From contig PCWT01000048.1 of assembly GCA_002796245.1 (NCBI GenBank), forward strand, positions 71,858 to 135,857: a stretch of DNA of 64,000 nt, read 5' to 3'. The DNA is from Gammaproteobacteria bacterium CG11_big_fil_rev_8_21_14_0_20_46_22. Its GTDB lineage: Bacteria > Pseudomonadota > Gammaproteobacteria > UBA12402. Each line of letters begins with the position of its first letter. Positions within the stretch are counted from its first letter, which is position 1. Under the pieces are notes generated by a model. That model saw only the letters and a program-made list of their open reading frames with translations, did no database searches and was not told the origin of the DNA. Of the stretch, positions 62,779-64,000 are shown in pieces. The translations under genes and the position numbers were made by a program.

Positions 62779-63061
62779 TTATACTACAATTACACGCATT
62801 AAATTGATACTTAAAGTCATCATATAAGAAAATCTTACCCTATGCAAGAGTCAGGAAAACATCCCCACATCCGCCTATTATTTTTGCACAATATAATCCG
62901 TGAATCCGGGGGATCACCAGGGGATCATCTGCCGACAATCAGTGACAATGAAATACAATTCGACAATTTAGCAACTTTGTTAACTCTTTGATAGAAGCTG
63001 TATTTCATTGTATTTGATTGTCTTTGGCAGCATTAAATTGACTACGTTTTGACCGGCTGCG

Positions 63062-63081
63062 TTTTCGACTCCCGCCGCCGC
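63062..63081. repeat. Putative attR: imperfect direct repeat of the ssrA 3' end (GTTTTCGACTCCCGCCGCCG vs GGTTCAACTCCCGCCGCCTCC).
   Basis: 15/17 identity over the core, read directly. Confidence 0.5.
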
Positions 63082-63181
63082 GGTTTTTTTATTTAATGAT
63101 GCTTGGGCTTGCCTAACCACCAATGGGCGTTTATCCTAGTCAGCACATACAAGGATAGATAGCATAACTGAGCACAATCCA

Positions 63182-63310
63182 ATGCATGATGATTTTAAAA
63201 AAAGTGCCTGGCATAGCCCAAGCTTAATGATCTTGTCGCTGCCTGTTGTAACAGCGGGTGGTGGTGAGGGCGCAGAGGGTGATGCTGGCGGAAGCTTTTG
63301 GAGAAGCTAA
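63182..63310 (+). CDS. Candidate lasso-peptide precursor (42 aa): MHDDFKKSAWHSPSLMILSLPVVTA|GGGEGAEGDAGGSFWRS.
   Basis: Thr at leader position -2. The core starts with Gly and has Glu7/Asp9 available for a 7-9-membered ring, with an F/W/R tail. It is immediately upstream of the PqqD-like RRE. There is no obvious SD, and the ORF was too short for the ORF track. Confidence 0.45.
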   Translation: MHDDFKKSAWHSPSLMILSLPVVTAGGGEGAEGDAGGSFWRS

Positions 63311-63333
63311 CACAATCGTTTGGTCAATCAAAT

Positions 63334-63618
63334 ATGAAAAGCTTCTCAAACAATACAGTACTGAGCCGAAACACGACATTAATGGCCGCAAACGTTGACG
63401 ACGATCTTGTAATGATGGATGCAGACCAAGGCGTTTATTTTAGTTTAAACCCCGTGGGCGCAGCCATTTGGGCTCTACTTGAAACCCCAAAAACCTATGA
63501 TGATTTGATCTCAGGTCTGTTGTCTCAATACGAAGTCACTCGCGAAACGTGCGAGCAGGATGTTCAGCCCTTTTTGAGCGAGCTTGTTGATAATGGGCTT
63601 GTGATGCTTGGCGGTTGA
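63334..63618 (+). CDS. PqqD-family RiPP recognition element (lasso B1-like). The start is taken at MKSFSNN.
   Basis: DDDLVMMDADQGVYFSLNPVGAAIWALLETPKTYDDLISGLLSQYEV...DVQPFLSELVDNGLVM matches the PqqD/RRE fold pattern. No other PQQ genes are present. Confidence 0.75.
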   Translation: MKSFSNNTVLSRNTTLMAANVDDDLVMMDADQGVYFSLNPVGAAIWALLETPKTYDDLISGLLSQYEVTRETCEQDVQPFLSELVDNGLVMLGG

Positions 63619-63681
63619 TTGGATTCGTTTTAAGTTTTTTAGTCAAAGCGAGCAAAATTTTTTGGCTTTTTATTTGGTTAA

Positions 63682-64000
63682 TCATTCAAAAAATTTTTCT
63701 GGGTTTTTGTAAGGTAAGGTGGAATGGTTGATGCGGATTTTGTATTCTTCCACGTTTGTTATTTGCGTAAATAATTTTTTAATTTCTTGATCAGCGTGAT
63801 TGTTGCTTGTTCTTGGTCCTGCCCAAATTTCTTTAATCCAGCTATGCTTAATCGGCCGGGAAATATAGGGAATGCTTTTAATGAATGGTTGTTTGGGGTT
63901 TTGGTGCCGATAAAAAACCTCGTGAGGGCTGTCTGTGAGTGATCCGTTTAAGCATAAGTTTGAGTTTGCAACCCTAATTTCTTTTTCTTCTTGAAAGCAG
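63682..64000 (-). CDS. 3' part of a gene whose start lies beyond the window (C-terminal 105 aa). Possibly sulfotransferase-like.
   Basis: Hand-translated minus-strand frame is open from the window edge to a TGA (forward TCA at 63682-63684). It contains RHQNPKQPFIKS (cf. SULT 3'-PB RNPKDxxVS) and KHSW. It is convergent with the RRE gene. Confidence 0.4.
   Translation of the reverse strand, partial: CFQEEKEIRVANSNLCLNGSLTDSPHEVFYRHQNPKQPFIKSIPYISRPIKHSWIKEIWAGPRTSNNHADQEIKKLFTQITNVEEYKIRINHSTLPYKNPEKFFE

Larger units (their letters stand above)
55225..63081. mobile_element. Integrase-associated genomic island (~7.9 kb) inserted at the 3' end of ssrA. It carries an integrase, AlpA, a Gabija-like pair and a type II R-M system.
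   Basis: Integrase abuts the ssrA 3' end. An imperfect direct repeat of the tmRNA 3' end (TTCGACTCCCGCCGCC) is at 63064-63079. AT-rich by eye. Confidence 0.75.

Overview
This 64-kb window from a gammaproteobacterial chromosome carries the origin-proximal core block parB–atpIBEFHAGDC–glmUS. The rest is a mix of housekeeping genes (polA, tgt, anmK, deoC–punA–cdd, pitA, dut, rpmBG, waaA, djlA, phhAB) and three accessory regions. (1) The atpC–glmU junction holds ~10.8 kb instead of being tight. Inside it is a 2.7-kb AT-rich cassette bounded by a perfect 24-bp direct repeat that duplicates the 3' end of an ABC-F gene. The cassette encodes an OLD/PARIS-like ABC-ATPase–Toprim(DUF4435-like) protein translationally coupled to a DinD/Bro-N-like protein, and is followed by a frameshifted DUF3800 gene. 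(2) A ~7.9-kb genomic island sits at the 3' end of ssrA (tmRNA). It has a P4-type integrase, AlpA, a Gabija-like OLD-ATPase/UvrD-helicase pair, and a C-protein-controlled type II R-M system with a recognisable C-box. (3) Just past the island's attR lies a 42-aa ORF with the hallmarks of a lasso-peptide precursor, followed by a PqqD-like RRE gene. Upstream of ssrA, phhAB is bracketed by one intact and one nonsense-disrupted glutaminase-less AsnB-family PP-loop synthetase (lasso-cyclase / beta-lactam-synthetase-like) and a secreted Cys-rich protein. Without the island these would sit ~1.2 kb from the precursor/RRE pair; this is the most interesting candidate for an undescribed RiPP-like locus. 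All calls come from reading the sequence and ORF translations; no database searches were run.
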